The notes: generated by a model not told the origin, from the letters alone. 63,581 nt of DNA, filler included, from Stramenopiles sp. TOSAG23-3 (GCA_900128585.1; 25 parts of 25 records of this genome joined end to end with filler, not necessarily neighbours in it); one strand, 5' to 3'. Positions 43,933-56,977 are shown, counted from the first letter of the whole stretch. A program made the numbers and translations.

Positions 43933-45840
43933 ATGCCTATCTTCAAGTCAGGGATGTCCCCGGCCGACGCTTGCATGCTCGTCGTCATCATTTGTGTTGT
44001 GATTGATTTGCTCGGCCTGTCCCTAACAATTCCTATAATGGCTAATTTTGCACGCCTAGTTCAAGGAGAAGCCAAAGGCTGCCCTTCAGAATACGCCAAG
44101 CTCAACGCTACCGTACGCCACGCAATGGCAATGTCCGCGGCCTGCCAGGCGTCTGTGGCCAACATAAAAGCAAATACGGGCCTCTTGAGTTCGGCGTACA
44201 GTATCGCCGCTTTCATCTCTACCATGTGGATGCCTGTCTACAGCGACAAGTACGGACGGCGAAAGGCCGTGCTGATGTCAATATTTGGTTCCTTTTTGGG
44301 TTTTTTTGGCCAAGGCATCACGTGCCCAACCGTCGATTCCGTTGCAATAGGCGCGCCCGCGTGCGTTGGTGTTCCCGGCGGCTTCTACTTTCTCGTTTTC
44401 ATCCGTTTTTTCGGCGGTCTATTCGGTGGCACAGTGACGGTTGCATCCGCATTTGTCGTCGATTTGTACCCGCAGAAGGAGCGTGGAAAGCAGTTCGCGA
44501 AGATCGGGGTCTGTGCAATGAGCGCATTCACCTTCGGCCCGTCGATTGGGGGTGGACTGAGCCAATTTGGCCTACGAGTACCCCTTTTCGTTGCTGCAGG
44601 CTTCAGTTTGGTCGCCATGGCAGCTGCGTTCAAGTATGTCCACAATGCGGCGGATCTAGGAATTGTTTTGAATAAAAAAGAGAGCGAACCCTTGAAAAAG
44701 AAGAACGACGACCTTGAAAGTGTAAACGTGGAGCCAAAGGAGGAGGTGGAAAAGCCCATTGTCGTCTCTAAAGAGCCCCGGGTATGGATTATATCCTTTC
44801 AAACGTTCTGCACCACAGTCGCGTTCAATGGGGTCTCCAGTTTGATGGCGTTGCTCTTAGTTGAGCCCCACCTTGGCGTTGTGAACGAGGCGGACAGCGT
44901 CGAGGAGCAGGGAAAAAAGGTAGGCCTTTGGGTCAGCGCGCTGGTTCCCACGCTTGCACTAACGCAGGCGCTTGTTCTAATGGGCTTGTTTCCCAGAGTG
45001 ACGAAAAAAGTCGGCTTGTTAGGATCGGGATTGGTGGGGTGTATCATTTTGGGTGTTGCCCTGTTTCTTATGCCCTTTTTACCCTCCGCTGGATACTTTT
45101 TCATCACACAATTTCTTCTTGCAATTGGAAACGGCCTAAGCACCAACGTGTCAAATACGTATTTGGCGAAGTTTTCGTCAAGCGGCAATGCTGCCCAAGT
45201 GCTGGCGTGGGGGTCGAGAGCGGACACCATTGGCAACGTAGTTGGCCCTGCCCTAACTTTCCTGTACAAAATAAACACCGTCATACCATTCATTGTTGCT
45301 GCGGCATTCGGCTGGCTCGGAGCTGCTGCGTGCTTTCTATTGGTGGCAATGGGGGGGGCTGGGGCTGGAAAAGACGAAACAAAACCCATTGAAAAGCAAA
45401 GTCTAATCGACCAGCAGCGCATCGATCATGCGGAGGAAATGAAGAAGAAGAGGGAGGACAGGGAGGCTCACAGAGAGGCCAGTTCTGTTGCTCTGAGAAA
45501 AACACACCACCCTTCTTGGTTTTTTGGAAAGTACGGCGAGTACGGCCCTCAAATGGCGGAGCTTACCCAGTTTTTGTGGGAAGAACTGCGGGGCAAAAAT
45601 CACCATTACATGATCGGGAGTGGAATCGAACGTGTCCGACAAAGAAGTGTTCAGGCCCACAAGGATTTGTTGCGGCGTGCAATAAACAAAATACCCCCCC
45701 CGAACATTGCTACGGGAGACAAAGAGTTTATTGAAGGCGTCGCCATATTTTTAAGCGATTCGGGACACGACGAGTGGGCCCTAAATCTTCCTGGAATGAC
45801 ACCAGAATCCATGATTAGCCTGCTACGGACCCCACATTAG
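43933..45840 (+). CDS. MFS transporter (DHA1/TetA-like) with soluble C-terminal extension
   Basis: SDKYGRR motif A, IRFFGGLFGG, ERGKQF, FGPSIGGGL; about 12 hydrophobic segments. Confidence 0.92.
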   Translation: MPIFKSGMSPADACMLVVIICVVIDLLGLSLTIPIMANFARLVQGEAKGCPSEYAKLNATVRHAMAMSAACQASVANIKANTGLLSSAYSIAAFISTMWMPVYSDKYGRRKAVLMSIFGSFLGFFGQGITCPTVDSVAIGAPACVGVPGGFYFLVFIRFFGGLFGGTVTVASAFVVDLYPQKERGKQFAKIGVCAMSAFTFGPSIGGGLSQFGLRVPLFVAAGFSLVAMAAAFKYVHNAADLGIVLNKKESEPLKKKNDDLESVNVEPKEEVEKPIVVSKEPRVWIISFQTFCTTVAFNGVSSLMALLLVEPHLGVVNEADSVEEQGKKVGLWVSALVPTLALTQALVLMGLFPRVTKKVGLLGSGLVGCIILGVALFLMPFLPSAGYFFITQFLLAIGNGLSTNVSNTYLAKFSSSGNAAQVLAWGSRADTIGNVVGPALTFLYKINTVIPFIVAAAFGWLGAAACFLLVAMGGAGAGKDETKPIEKQSLIDQQRIDHAEEMKKKREDREAHREASSVALRKTHHPSWFFGKYGEYGPQMAELTQFLWEELRGKNHHYMIGSGIERVRQRSVQAHKDLLRRAINKIPPPNIATGDKEFIEGVAIFLSDSGHDEWALNLPGMTPESMISLLRTPH

Positions 45841-45947
45841 AGTGCTTNNNNNNNNNNNNNNNNNNNNNNNNNNNNNNNNNNNNNNNNNNNNTTAATTAAT
45901 TAANNNNNNNNNNNNNNNNNNNNNNNNNNNNNNNNNNNNNNNNNNNN

Positions 45948-45982
<35 letters not shown>

Positions 45983-46262
45983 AATGGTATATACTTATTA
46001 ATATGAATATTAGGACACTATACTACTGTGTATCGAGTGGAAGAAGAAGGATTTTTGTTTCTGGATTTGAATTAAATGTGGAATTACATGTGGAATTGTT
46101 AAAAACGGAATCCGTGCAATAAGTTCAGGCATTCCATTGAGTTGGGGGCGGAACAAACGAAAGATAACCGTTTCGTTTCGAGACCGATGTTCCATTTGAA
46201 ACCCCAAAGGTTCAATTCAATCCGACCAGGCCACGTGTGAACAAGGGAAGAATGGGAAAAGC

Positions 46263-48387
46263 ATGATGCCGTTCACCCTTTTCTTGCTCCTGCCAATAGT
46301 CCTGCTTTGGGGCGGCGGTGAAGCGGACGGGGGGCCGATATCCCCCCCGGTGAACATAAGCTGCCCCGTCGAGCGCCTCCGTCCCGGGCGTGCTCCCACC
46401 TCCCTTTTTCCGTCGTCGGTGGTTATCATTAACAACGCTCGGAACCCGCTCAAGCTATCCCTGTGCGCCTCCGAGACGTCCGACATATGCGTGACGCCAG
46501 AGGACCTGATCCAGTGCGGTTCTCCGTCCTTGGGGAAGGGCGCGATCGGGGTGCTGAAGACCCCCCCATTTTTGCAATACATTTTGATCTCGTTCTGCTC
46601 GGTCGCGCGGGGCCGGGAGACGCACTGTTTCGAGCTCCCCGTCCCGCTGGAGGTAGACCCGTCCATGCTCGCGGGGCCGAACAGCACGTACTCGGTCGCG
46701 AGCCGGCCGCGGACGTTCTGCGAGACGAACGCGGACTGCCCGGGGGCCCGGGAGTTCTGCAGCCTGCTGGACACCGGGGAGGCGTCGGTGTGCGAGTTTC
46801 GGCCGTGCAGGGTCACGTGCGTGTGCGACCACATTTTGAACGATTTCGCGTTCGGGGACGCGGGGCAGTGGATCGTGCTGGACGTCTTTTCCATGGTGTG
46901 CATGCTTGTGACGGCGTTTGTCATCCTGTACTCCATCCGGTGGAACCGGCGGCGGGCCGTCCAGGGCAACGCCCTCCGCGCCGGCGTCGTCTTCCCCGTG
47001 TACTACAAGGTCCTGCTCGGGCTCGCGCTCGTGTACCTGTTCGACGCCATCGTCTGGGTGGCCCCGCCGCTGTTGGACTGGGGGGCGGAGCCGGGGGAAA
47101 AGGCGCTGATCGGCGCGCTGAAAATTGTGAAGGGGGGCGTTGGGGAAGCGTTCATCGAGGCGATCTTCCTCTTCCTCCTCCAAGAGGGCGCGGGCTGGGA
47201 CGAGCTCCGGGCGGCGGGGTACGGGGGGGCGCTCTGCGGCCTGGTCTTCGGGGGCGCGAACTTTCTGGCCGCCGCGCCCGCGTTCGGCGTCGAACTCTCC
47301 AAGACCGGTTGCATCGGGTACGGCCGGGCGTTGTTTCGGGAAAAGTGCTGGGGGGAGATCGCCATAAACATCTACACGATGGCCGTCTGGGTGCTGTACA
47401 CGTTCGCGTACTGCTCGCCGTACCTCCGGTGCGTCAAGTGGCAGCCGCAGCGCCCGGCCATCTACCGGCTGCTGTTCTGCGCCATCGTGCTCCGGACCGT
47501 GGACCTGCTGATTCTGGTAAACCCCTGCTTCGACGTCACCTCGACCGTGCTGTGGTCGATCTGGTTCCAGCTCGAGCTGTACTACTGCTTTCGCGCGGAC
47601 ACGGAGTACTTCAGGAAGCCCTTGTACATTGAGAAGATGCTGTCGGAGGGCGCCCTGTCCCCGAAGCCGCACCGGTGGAGGGCGGGCGGCGGCGGGGGGG
47701 GGACGACGGGGGCGGGGCCGGGCGCAATCGTTCGAGGACACCGTCTTCGGCGCCGCCGACCCGTCCCTGCCCTTGCTGGAGCAGCGACGGGTGGCGTCGG
47801 CCGCCGGGCACCGCCGAAGCGCGACGTACGGCAGTGCGAACCCTCCTGGCTCGCCCCCGCCGCCCGTGAACGGCCGGGCAGCCTACCAGCAGAGGAGGAT
47901 GAAGATGGCCGCGCTGGACGACATCCTCGTCGACTTTACGAGCCTGAAACTTCGCCGGCTGGTCGCGCGGGGGGCGACGTCGTCGGTCCATTTGGGGTCG
48001 TTCAAGGCCCAGGCGGTCGCGATCAAAGTGTGCTCGTGCGCGTCGTTGACCCGAAAAACAATAAGCGACTACGTTCGGGAGGCCCGGGTCCTGGCCTCGT
48101 TCAACCACCCGAACGTGATGAAGCTGGTGGGGTGCTGCATCGTCCCGCCGAACGTGTGGATTGTGACGGAACAGTGCGAGCGGGGGAACTTGGTGGAGGT
48201 GCTCCGGGGGGCGGCGTCCCCGACGCTGACGTGGGGGCGCCGGCTGTACCTGATGCTCGGCGCGGCGAGGGGCCTGGAGCACATTCACAGCTTCCGGTTC
48301 ATCCACGGGGACATCAAGCCGGACAACTTCATCGTGACCTTGGACTGGGTGGTGAAGCTGGCCGATTTTGGGGAGGCGAAGGAGAAG
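46263..48387 (+). CDS. Signal peptide + Cys-rich ectodomain + 7TM + TKL kinase fusion, frame break at G9 (47694-47702), 3'-truncated
   Basis: Seven hydrophobic segments in the 46263 frame; VAIK, EARVLASFNHPNV, IHGDIKPDN, KLADFG in the 47629 frame; removing one G joins them. Confidence 0.8.
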
Positions 48388-48487
48388 NNNNNNNNNNNNN
48401 NNNNNNNNNNNNNNNNNNNNNNNNNNNNNNNTTAATTAATTAANNNNNNNNNNNNNNNNNNNNNNNNNNNNNNNNNNNNNNNNNNNN

Positions 48488-49289
48488 AAAGGTCAACATC
48501 TTTGCCGTCGGCCGCTTTCATGTTCTTCGAAAAGTTGGCGAAGACTGCGTTGTAGGCGTCGGTGACTGGGTCTTGGCCTGCGGCAGAGGAGGGGTCGGCA
48601 AGGGCAGCGAAGGCGCTGTCTAGGGCTTGTTTCTTCATGCCGTCGACGTCCGCGCGTACTTGTTCGGTGGCGGAGGCAACTAGACCAGATTGGATGCCAG
48701 CAGTGATCTGCTTTTCCATGACAAGAATGTTGTCAAGCTTGGAAACGATCTCGGCGCGCAACTCGTGTTTCAATTGGCTGGACTTGGCACCTACGATGGA
48801 GTCCATAACACCGGCTTGTGCGTCACGGATTTGAGCAAGGTCGGCACTGATTTCTACTTGGCGCCTGTGGGCATCGGCGGTAACTTGCATGCTACTGATG
48901 ATGGCCTCTTCTTGTGCGTGCTGTTCTTTGGCCACTGCCTCGGCAGTTTCGTCAAAGAACCCGCCGATGGCCCCACCAAAGTTGTGGTAAACGGTTCCCA
49001 CGAAGAGGACCCACAAACCAAGAAGCTGCGTTTCTTCGTTAATGATGTAGAAACCGTTGGCTACGGCAGACGCAGCTGCAATACCCCCGACCGGCAGACC
49101 GTACAGTGGGTTGCTAAGGGTTTTCCATAGGTCGAAGCCTTCTCCTTCTTCTTCAGTAACCGCGGCGCCCTCGCTGTTGGAGGAGGCGGTCCCTTGAAAG
49201 AAACGAAGTTGGCCCGAGGTCTGTGGAACAAACACACGTCGTGCCGCTGGGGCAGCCCGGTTCAGATGTCTAAGTTGTCGGGATAACAT
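48488..49289 (-). CDS. ATP4: Mitochondrial ATP synthase F0 subunit b precursor, 3'-truncated
   Basis: R-rich targeting peptide MLSRQLRHL; FYIINEET motif between two TM helices; long stalk helix. Confidence 0.85.
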
Positions 49290-50726
49290 ATTACTCTTGG
49301 GGAGTGACAAAGCTTAGATACTCGAAATAGAACGACTAAGAAACAAATGGGTGACGAAGAAAGGAAATGTCCGGTGAGAGGAAAGGGAACAATCAATTTC
49401 TACACTCATACGGGAAGGCACGAAACGGAGTGGAATGGAATTAAACGAAAGCCTGAATTCTTCTCGGTTTTTTCTTTCTTTTTTATGGAAGAAGAATATG
49501 ATTAAATTGTCATTTACAGGTACACAGTGATGGAAGAAAGGCCTTTCTTTAATTTTACAGTTCGTTTAAAAATAAATAAATGTTAATATATAGACACAGT
49601 AAAGGTTTTATCCTAAATGATCATTCATAGTATCATTTATTCGTATAGTAATTCCATTTATAAGTACAAAATTGTTGGATGATTTTAAAAAAAAAACAAT
49701 CTTTTCCATTGTTTCGTTTGATAAGTAAGGAAATGTTTATAAACTGAAATTATTTGTTTTGTATATTAGTATTATAATAGCATAGGTTTAATTGATCCTT
49801 ATGTTATTAAAAATCCCTTAATTACAGAAGAGAAGGAATTCTTTCCCTGCTATTTAGATGTAATTAAAACTGGGATCGTTGTCTTTGCTCGTTTGTTGTT
49901 ACTTTATTTGTTTCTATGCTATTTCTATATATAATTGTTGTTGCTTTAAACAATTTATCGGATGAAACGAAGATTCTTGCCTTCTTCGTTGTTCTTAATG
50001 CTATGATTATGTTATAGAAATGGTAGAAATGATTTTGGTGATGCGATCTGTGGCTGAGAAGGGATCGAATAGTATTAACATGGGAATAACAAGAAAGATT
50101 TAGGTTTTCTATAGAAATACCATATATGTAATATTAGTATACTAATAATTATAGTTATGTTGTTTTGTATATTTCCTATGTAATATAATTGTTTATTTGG
50201 GTGGAAGTAATGAAGGCACCCATTCGTTTTTTTAAAATCCAATTGGATTGATGGTATATATGTGATATGGATGGAAATATAAAGACAGAATTGAACTAGG
50301 GACAGAAATAAAGGGACCGGAACCAATGGCGCAGAGAGGAAGGTCGTTTGGTTGTTGTTCATTGTTCTATTTTGGTATAATAGTCCTATAGTCTAGCAAA
50401 AGGATAATATGATATGGTTGGAGTAAATCATATTTATGAACATAAAGATAGTCGATGCTGTGTGTTATTATTTCTGTGTTTAAAAGAGAAGGAAATTAAA
50501 ACTCAATTTTTAATCATCAAACTCCAAATAATTGTCTTCTTCGTAGTGTGTAGTGGTGTGTGTGTGACTCTAATTAATTAATTCACTTCTTCCTTTCTAT
50601 TGTGACTGTAGGTCTATAATTAATTCACTTCTTCCCTTTCTATTGGGAGTATTAAAAACTAAAAAGAGGAGCTGAACGAATTGACACTACAAGGTTTTAA
50701 GTACTAGCGAGACGAGTATAGAATAG

Positions 50727-50812
50727 GAAGAGGAAGGAAGGAAGGAAGGAAGGAAGGAAGGAAGGAAGGAAGGAAGGAAGGAAGGAAGAGTCCCCTGTAA
50801 TCAAAACAATCC

Positions 50813-50844
<32 letters not shown>

Positions 50845-50851
50845 AACAAAC

Positions 50852-50922
<71 letters not shown>

Positions 50923-50926
50923 CAAA
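50727..50926 (+). repeat. Compound microsatellite (GGAA)n, (AAAG)n, (AAGAAACAAAGA)n
   Basis: Visible tandem units running to the contig end. Confidence 0.95.
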
Positions 50927-51026
50927 NNNNNNNNNNNNNNNNNNNNNNNNNNNNNNNNNNNNNNNNNNNNTTAATTAATTAANNNNNNNNNNNNNNNNNN
51001 NNNNNNNNNNNNNNNNNNNNNNNNNN

Positions 51027-51105
51027 AAACAACAACCTCTTCTTTATTTCATTTCCTATACTATTACCATATATAAATATCTAAACTTTAATTTTTACTA
51101 CTCCT
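51027..51105. repeat. 79-bp exact inverted copy of the contig end (53383-53461), probable chimera/assembly artefact
   Basis: Exact reverse complement for 79 nt; same length as the case at 20487. Confidence 0.9.
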
Positions 51106-52795
51106 CTTCGTCGTCTACCTCCCTCTCGTCTTCGGCTGAGGAAGCCTTGCTGTCCCCAGCCCCCCCCTTTGGCTCGTCGAGCTCGACAAAGCTCTCCTCG
51201 GCGTAGTCGTCCTCTTCTTCGTCGTCTTCCTCTCCCTCGTCTTCGGCTGGGAAAACCTTGTGGTCCCCAAACTCGCCTTTGGAATCTTCGAGGTCCGCAA
51301 AGCTCTCCTCAGCGTAGTCGTCGTCCTCCCCATCTGCTTCGGCCAGGGGGGCGACATCGTTCCCCTCCTCAAACCCAGGGCCCGCCGCGGCGCCGTGGAT
51401 GGTCTCCGCCTCGGTCGCCGCCGGAGATTTCTTCGGAGACGTTTTTCTATTCAGCCCTGAGTAGAAGTTCGCCCGGGCCAAGTGCTCAACGCCCATCCCC
51501 TCCTCCTCGTCCGAAGACTCGTCCGAGCTGCTGGTGCCCTCGTCCAGGCTTGCGGACAATGGCTTGCAGGACGCCTGGTAACGTCGGTGGGCCAACAGCT
51601 CCGGGTCTACGTCGTCGTCGCCGCCGTCGGACTCGTTCGGTTCACCACCCAGGTGCAGGTCGCCCTCCTCCTGCATCATCGGGATCGACGCGGAGTGCTT
51701 CATGCTCTCCGTGGTCCGGGGGGGCGAGACGGCGTTGTAGATCCCAGAGATACGGATCTGGTCAGACTCTTCGTCATTTTCGTCCTCGGACCCTTGGTCG
51801 TCACTGTAAATCCCGTGCTCGTGCTCTTCCCGCCGGACTTCCTCCGATATGGTGTGGACCGTCCGCAGCGGGGTCTTCCTGCGGGCCGAGTGAAGGATCT
51901 GGTTCGCCTCGGCCTGGTTGAAGGACTGGCTGCCTTCTTCGTACGCCTCTGGGAGGGGGCTGAGGATGTTTCCAAACGTAGGGTTCCACCCGTTTGCCTT
52001 GTCTAGTTCCTGCGCGGACATTGACCCGATGCCCTCGCCGTCGTCGTCGCACTCGTCCTGGTCGTCCGACGAACGATGGTAGTGGGGGCGGGGGTTCTCC
52101 TGGTCGTCGTCGTACTGGGGGGCGGGTGCCGAGTGCTCGGGGTGAAGGCGGGCGCCGTCTTCCAAAATGTTCGTGCGCGTGCCAAGGACGGGGCGGATGG
52201 TAGTGTCTAATTTCTTTATCCTGCGAACGTGCTGTATCTGCTGCTCCATTTGCCTCGCCTTCAGCGCGGCGCTCTTTGCCTTTCGCATCCGCACCTGTGC
52301 AAGCTCGGCCTGTCGGTCCGCCGCGAGCTTGTTGCCCTTGGCCCGGCGCCGGTCCGCCGACGTTTGGCGCTTGGGCTTCCCCCTGGCCTTCCTTGCCCGC
52401 CTCACGATACCGGTGCCGCCGCCCCTCAACCCTTGTGCAAAGTTTGAGCTGGCATTCTTGGCCCCCACCGTGCGAAGCTTGTTGACGGAATCGTTCTTTC
52501 GGTTCTGCGCCACTCTCTCCACGGGGGTCGTGTCGCGGTTGTTCCACGCCTTGAAGTGCCGGGCGGGCTTCGCCTGCTTCATTCGGTTCTTATTGCGCTT
52601 CAGCATTCGCTCCACGTTAGGGTTCAGCGCCCGCTGTGCGCCGACGGCGGACTTGACACGCCGAAGCCTGTTGTTTCGGTAAGACTCCTGCCTGCTTTCG
52701 ACTACTTTCTGGGACGACGCCGGCCGCTTTTCGTTCCACACGAAGGAGGCGTTCTGGGTGTTCCACGAATTCAAACGGGACTGCGCTGTTTTCAT
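51106..52795 (-). CDS. Hypothetical protein with basic N-half and acidic C-half carrying DDYAEESF repeats; true 3' end lost
   Basis: 565-aa ORF whose apparent stop (51098-51100) lies inside the 79-bp inverted segment. Confidence 0.7.
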
Positions 52796-53955
52796 TTTGA
52801 AAGGAGGTGGATTGTGGCGCTGTATTCAAGGGGGGGGGGGGAGAAAAAGGGATGATCAAACGAACGAACACAATTTGTCTTGTATCTCTTTTTATATATA
52901 TTACTTGTGTGTGTGTGTTTGTTTGTTTTCGTTGGTTAAATTTGTGTTTTGTAATGTATATATATATAGTCTATTGTTTTTGAAGTTTACCTGTTGCTAT
53001 TTCTTCTTTCCATGATAATTAATCTTCTTTTACCGTCAAAAAAAAGGTATTTTTTCATGTTGTACTGTAGTAGTTTAAAATAAATATAATAATATTATAA
53101 TAATTAAAAAAAAAGAAGAAGAAGAGAAATGATGTTTTACGTGTGTTCTACTAGGTAACCAGGAGGAGGAAGAGAAGGAAGTATAATATTATTTTCCCTA
53201 CCCGCCGTACGGTACGGTACGGTACTGGTAATAGTAGGTATTAAAACCGGTACCTCCTGTGAAGAATAAGAATTAAAAATAAGAAATTAACCGCCGCCGG
53301 ATGGTGGAGGAGAGTAAGGAAGGAAGGAAGGAAGGAAGGTAGGAGAAGGAAGGAAGGAAGGAAGGATGTGATGGAATAGAAAAGGAGTAGTAAAAATTAA
53401 AGTTTAGATATTTATATATGGTAATAGTATAGGAAATGAAATAAAGAAGAGGTTGTTGTTTNNNNNNNNNNNNNNNNNNNNNNNNNNNNNNNNNNNNNNN
53501 NNNNNTTAATTAATTAANNNNNNNNNNNNNNNNNNNNNNNNNNNNNNNNNNNNNNNNNNNNTACCTGCTAATTTGAACTAACTAAACAGTAGTAGGGCGT
53601 TAGTATAGGGATATTGGCTATTAAGTATAAACTATCAAACGGTGTGCTTAAGGTATTATTTAAGGACAAATACCGGATTTAAGGATTTGGATAAATGGAT
53701 GGATATGAGCAGGGTTCCACTTTTATTGACGCAATTTTTTTGTTTCTTACTGGTTATGCTCTCAGAAAATCTCATTACCAATCAAACCTTGATAGGCGCC
53801 TGTGACGCCTTAGACATCCGGGAATAACCAGTATAACAAACAGGTCTTACCATACGCAGTAACATAAATTGTAAATTATTTTATTAGAAATTATACTGTT
53901 GTTATTAGACACTATTATTTATTTTATTTTATATATATAAAATAAAATAATAATA

Positions 53956-54338
53956 CAGTAGAAACAGTAGTTTACGGGCAGATGAATTTTTTTTTTATTT
54001 TTATTTTATTTTTTTGATTATTTTTTGATTTTATAACATCAAAATAGCACTGACCTAAATTGATAGCATTGTGCAGCATTGGATCATACGTTAAGGAAGG
54101 AACATTTGGGTAAAGTAAAGAAGAAAATCCTCTTCTTAATCATCGTTGTTGTTGCAGATCCTCTTATTGACTCATTGAATCATTATATTTTACTCTATTT
54201 TCCTTAACATATAATCCAGTGCTGCACAACGCTATCAATTTAGGTCAGTGCTATTTTGATGTTATAAAATCAAAAAATAATCAAAAAATAAAAAATAAAA
54301 AAATAAATTCATCTGCCAGTAAACAACTGTTTCTACTG
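53956..54338. mobile_element. Tc1/mariner(pogo)-type fold-back MITE, 383 bp
   Basis: ~140-bp imperfect TIRs (53956-54098 / 54200-54338) with ends CAGTAGAAAC...GTTTCTACTG, flanked by TA on both sides. Confidence 0.8.
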
Positions 54339-54365
54339 TACTCCTCGTAATATAAACCTCATTAA

Positions 54366-55190
54366 GGGGGAGGTCGAGTCAACTTTGGTAACGACAACAA
54401 TTTTCATTTTTTTTACCTTCTTCAAAATGTTTTCTACATTTTGTTTGTTGTAACTTCGAGACAACACCAGACTCGACCTTTATATCAAGTCAGCATGAGG
54501 AATTAGGATATTGTAACTCTATGTTAATCATTTTTAATAATATTGTGTGTATATTAAGATTTATATATTCATATGTTGTTAGAAACTGACCATAAATCCG
54601 AGTTGAAATGGTGCAGTATAGAAACAAATTCAATAACTGCCACTCTTATAATTGCACCAAAATAATTTTAGCGTCTCTAATATTTGGAGTTGTCAACTAA
54701 TTCTTTTTGCAAACGGTTTCTAATTGTTATGGGCAACTTTTAGATAAGATGGAGCACCAGCAACCCTCTAGTTCGGGCAATAGACGGCATCTCCTCAAAA
54801 TCATCGCGATTTTGGCCTAATTTAAACTGCGAACTTGCCGATGACTAATAAATATTGGGTTGCCGGTGCTCCATCTTATCTAAAAGTTGCCCATGGACCC
54901 AAGGACCACTGACGAATCACTCTCAGTGCCATCACATGATTTTTAAGCTCTCCAAAATTAATACAGTACTACTTTTGAACACTGTTTTTCAAAGGAAACT
55001 TTCCGTTCAAACGCTTATTTCGCCCAAGATATTCTCTATGCTCTACCTATATATAACCCTGTGTAGTGTATTAAAATAAAATTTTCTCCCTTGTCTCCAA
55101 TGTATTTCAAAATGATTGTTGTTGGGGATGTATTCACTACGATTTGCACTCAGAGAAGCCTAAATCACCAAAGTTGACTCGACCTCCCCC
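54366..55190. mobile_element. Non-autonomous DNA transposon, 825 bp (Kolobok- or PIF/Harbinger-like ends)
   Basis: Perfect 24-bp TIR GGGGGAGGTCGAGTCAACTTTGGT (54366-54389 / 55167-55190) flanked by TTAA on both sides. Confidence 0.85.
54731..54892. mobile_element. Nested 162-bp MITE-like element
   Basis: 36-bp TIR GGGCAACTTTTAGATAAGATGGAGCACCRGCAACCC with one mismatch, flanked by AT. Confidence 0.75.
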
Positions 55191-56800
55191 TTAATTAATC
55201 TTCTAAAAATGGAGAGATTTATACCTTCTGTGTAATACTAATCAAAACATTTTTGGAATATATTTCTTATGTATTACAATGCTATTCCCCTGCTAATACA
55301 ATTGATTAATTATTAAAAAAAACAAAAATATTTATCTATTTACAGATTCCAGACTTATCGCTTATTATCTCCATCTCAGTCGCATACTTATCTATAGTCT
55401 ATTATACATATTTCCCCTATCACTCCACACCATACTTGCAGTGTATTCTCCCCCTATCAAAGCATAACAAGGTTGATATTAAAAACCCCATATGTTGTTG
55501 CTAATTATTTAACACATTCTAAAAATACAACTAATCATTTTACTATATTTACTCTATCTAATAATTTTTGGAGAGAAGTTGTAATTGTATTTAATTATAA
55601 GAAAAACAATTTTGGAATAAATTACTTACATAATACAATGTAGTGCCGATAGAATGGAGGGAGCTGCTCGGTAGAGATTCTAAGCGTTCACATCGACACA
55701 GCATCCTTCGCTACGCTGTGCCGATCCGGCTGATAACTCTTCACTCAGGCCAGAATATTGTAGTATATTAAGTACATAAACCTATCATTACTAATGGCCT
55801 GAATGGTTGTGATCATGCGAATGGACACAGCATTGCGATGATGCTATGTCTATACAAAGCCTTAGCAGCACCCACGAGCGGCTCCATCATCCAACAAATT
55901 AATTACTAGTGCTGAATTAAGTGAAACAGAATGAAGTTAAAGATATTTTATCATTAGAAAATATAACTACCAAAATAAAACAGGTCAGAACGGTANNNNN
56001 NNNNNNNNNNNNNNNNNNNNNNNNNNNNNNNNNNNNNNNTTAATTAATTAANNNNNNNNNNNNNNNNNNNNNNNNNNNNNNNNNNNNNNNNNNNNAACAG
56101 TGTAAATTTTGAAACGTGTAAAGAAGGAATGAGAACAAGGCGGGCGGGTCTGACGTGCAGAAGAGACAAAGCGATCGGTGCGTTGCCATCGGTCGATCCT
56201 CTCGGTAAACGTATTAAGAAACCACCCGAAAGAGAAAACAACACAACTTGTAAGACTAAATATTTTAATGTTGTTATTAATAATAGAAAAAAATGAAGAA
56301 AAGGAATAAATCACACACACTTTTTTATTAATTATTATTATTTTTTATTCTACCAACAAGTGTGACTACTCTCTCCTTGAGAAGTACAAAAAAGAAGTAG
56401 TACAAAACATACGTAAACTACTGTACCGGGTGCCTATTTAATATTTTTATTGATGATGACGTAGTTTGATTATTTTGTTGATGCGTCGTTGGTGGTGGTG
56501 GATGGTGTGTGGTATAATATAATTTTTATTATTTATTTATTTATTTAGGGTTAAAATAATATGTAGACTATTCCCTTTTCTTTTTTTTCTTTCTTTCATA
56601 TTAATTAATATTCCATTATTTATGATAGTATAATGACAATAATATCGGTTCGGCCTGTTGTTGTTTCTTCTTCTTTGATTTGATCTTTTTTTTGTTGTTA
56701 TTGTTTATTATATTAATATTATTAGCTTGTGACTTGTTGTTGTGACGGGGGAAAAAATACTCCTCCATAAAATATTTTATTATTATTTAACCCCCTTTTT

Positions 56801-56954
56801 TTAAAACAAGAAAATTGGCTGTTATAATATTTATTATTGAAGTAGCAAGTCAGTCAAATTAAAATTTAAAAAAAAAACAATTATTATAGTACAAATTAAA
56901 ATTATATCGTATAATTTTAATTACTTAAATAAAAGCCAATTTTCTTGTTTTTAA
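56801..56954. promoter_or_regulatory. Cluster of motif A, motif B and reverse motif A
   Basis: A at 56801-56825; B-like at 56866-56903; reverse A at 56913-56954, 24 nt after the minus-strand stop at 56978. Confidence 0.6.
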
Positions 56955-56977
56955 TATGTAAGTAGATAAACGGACGT

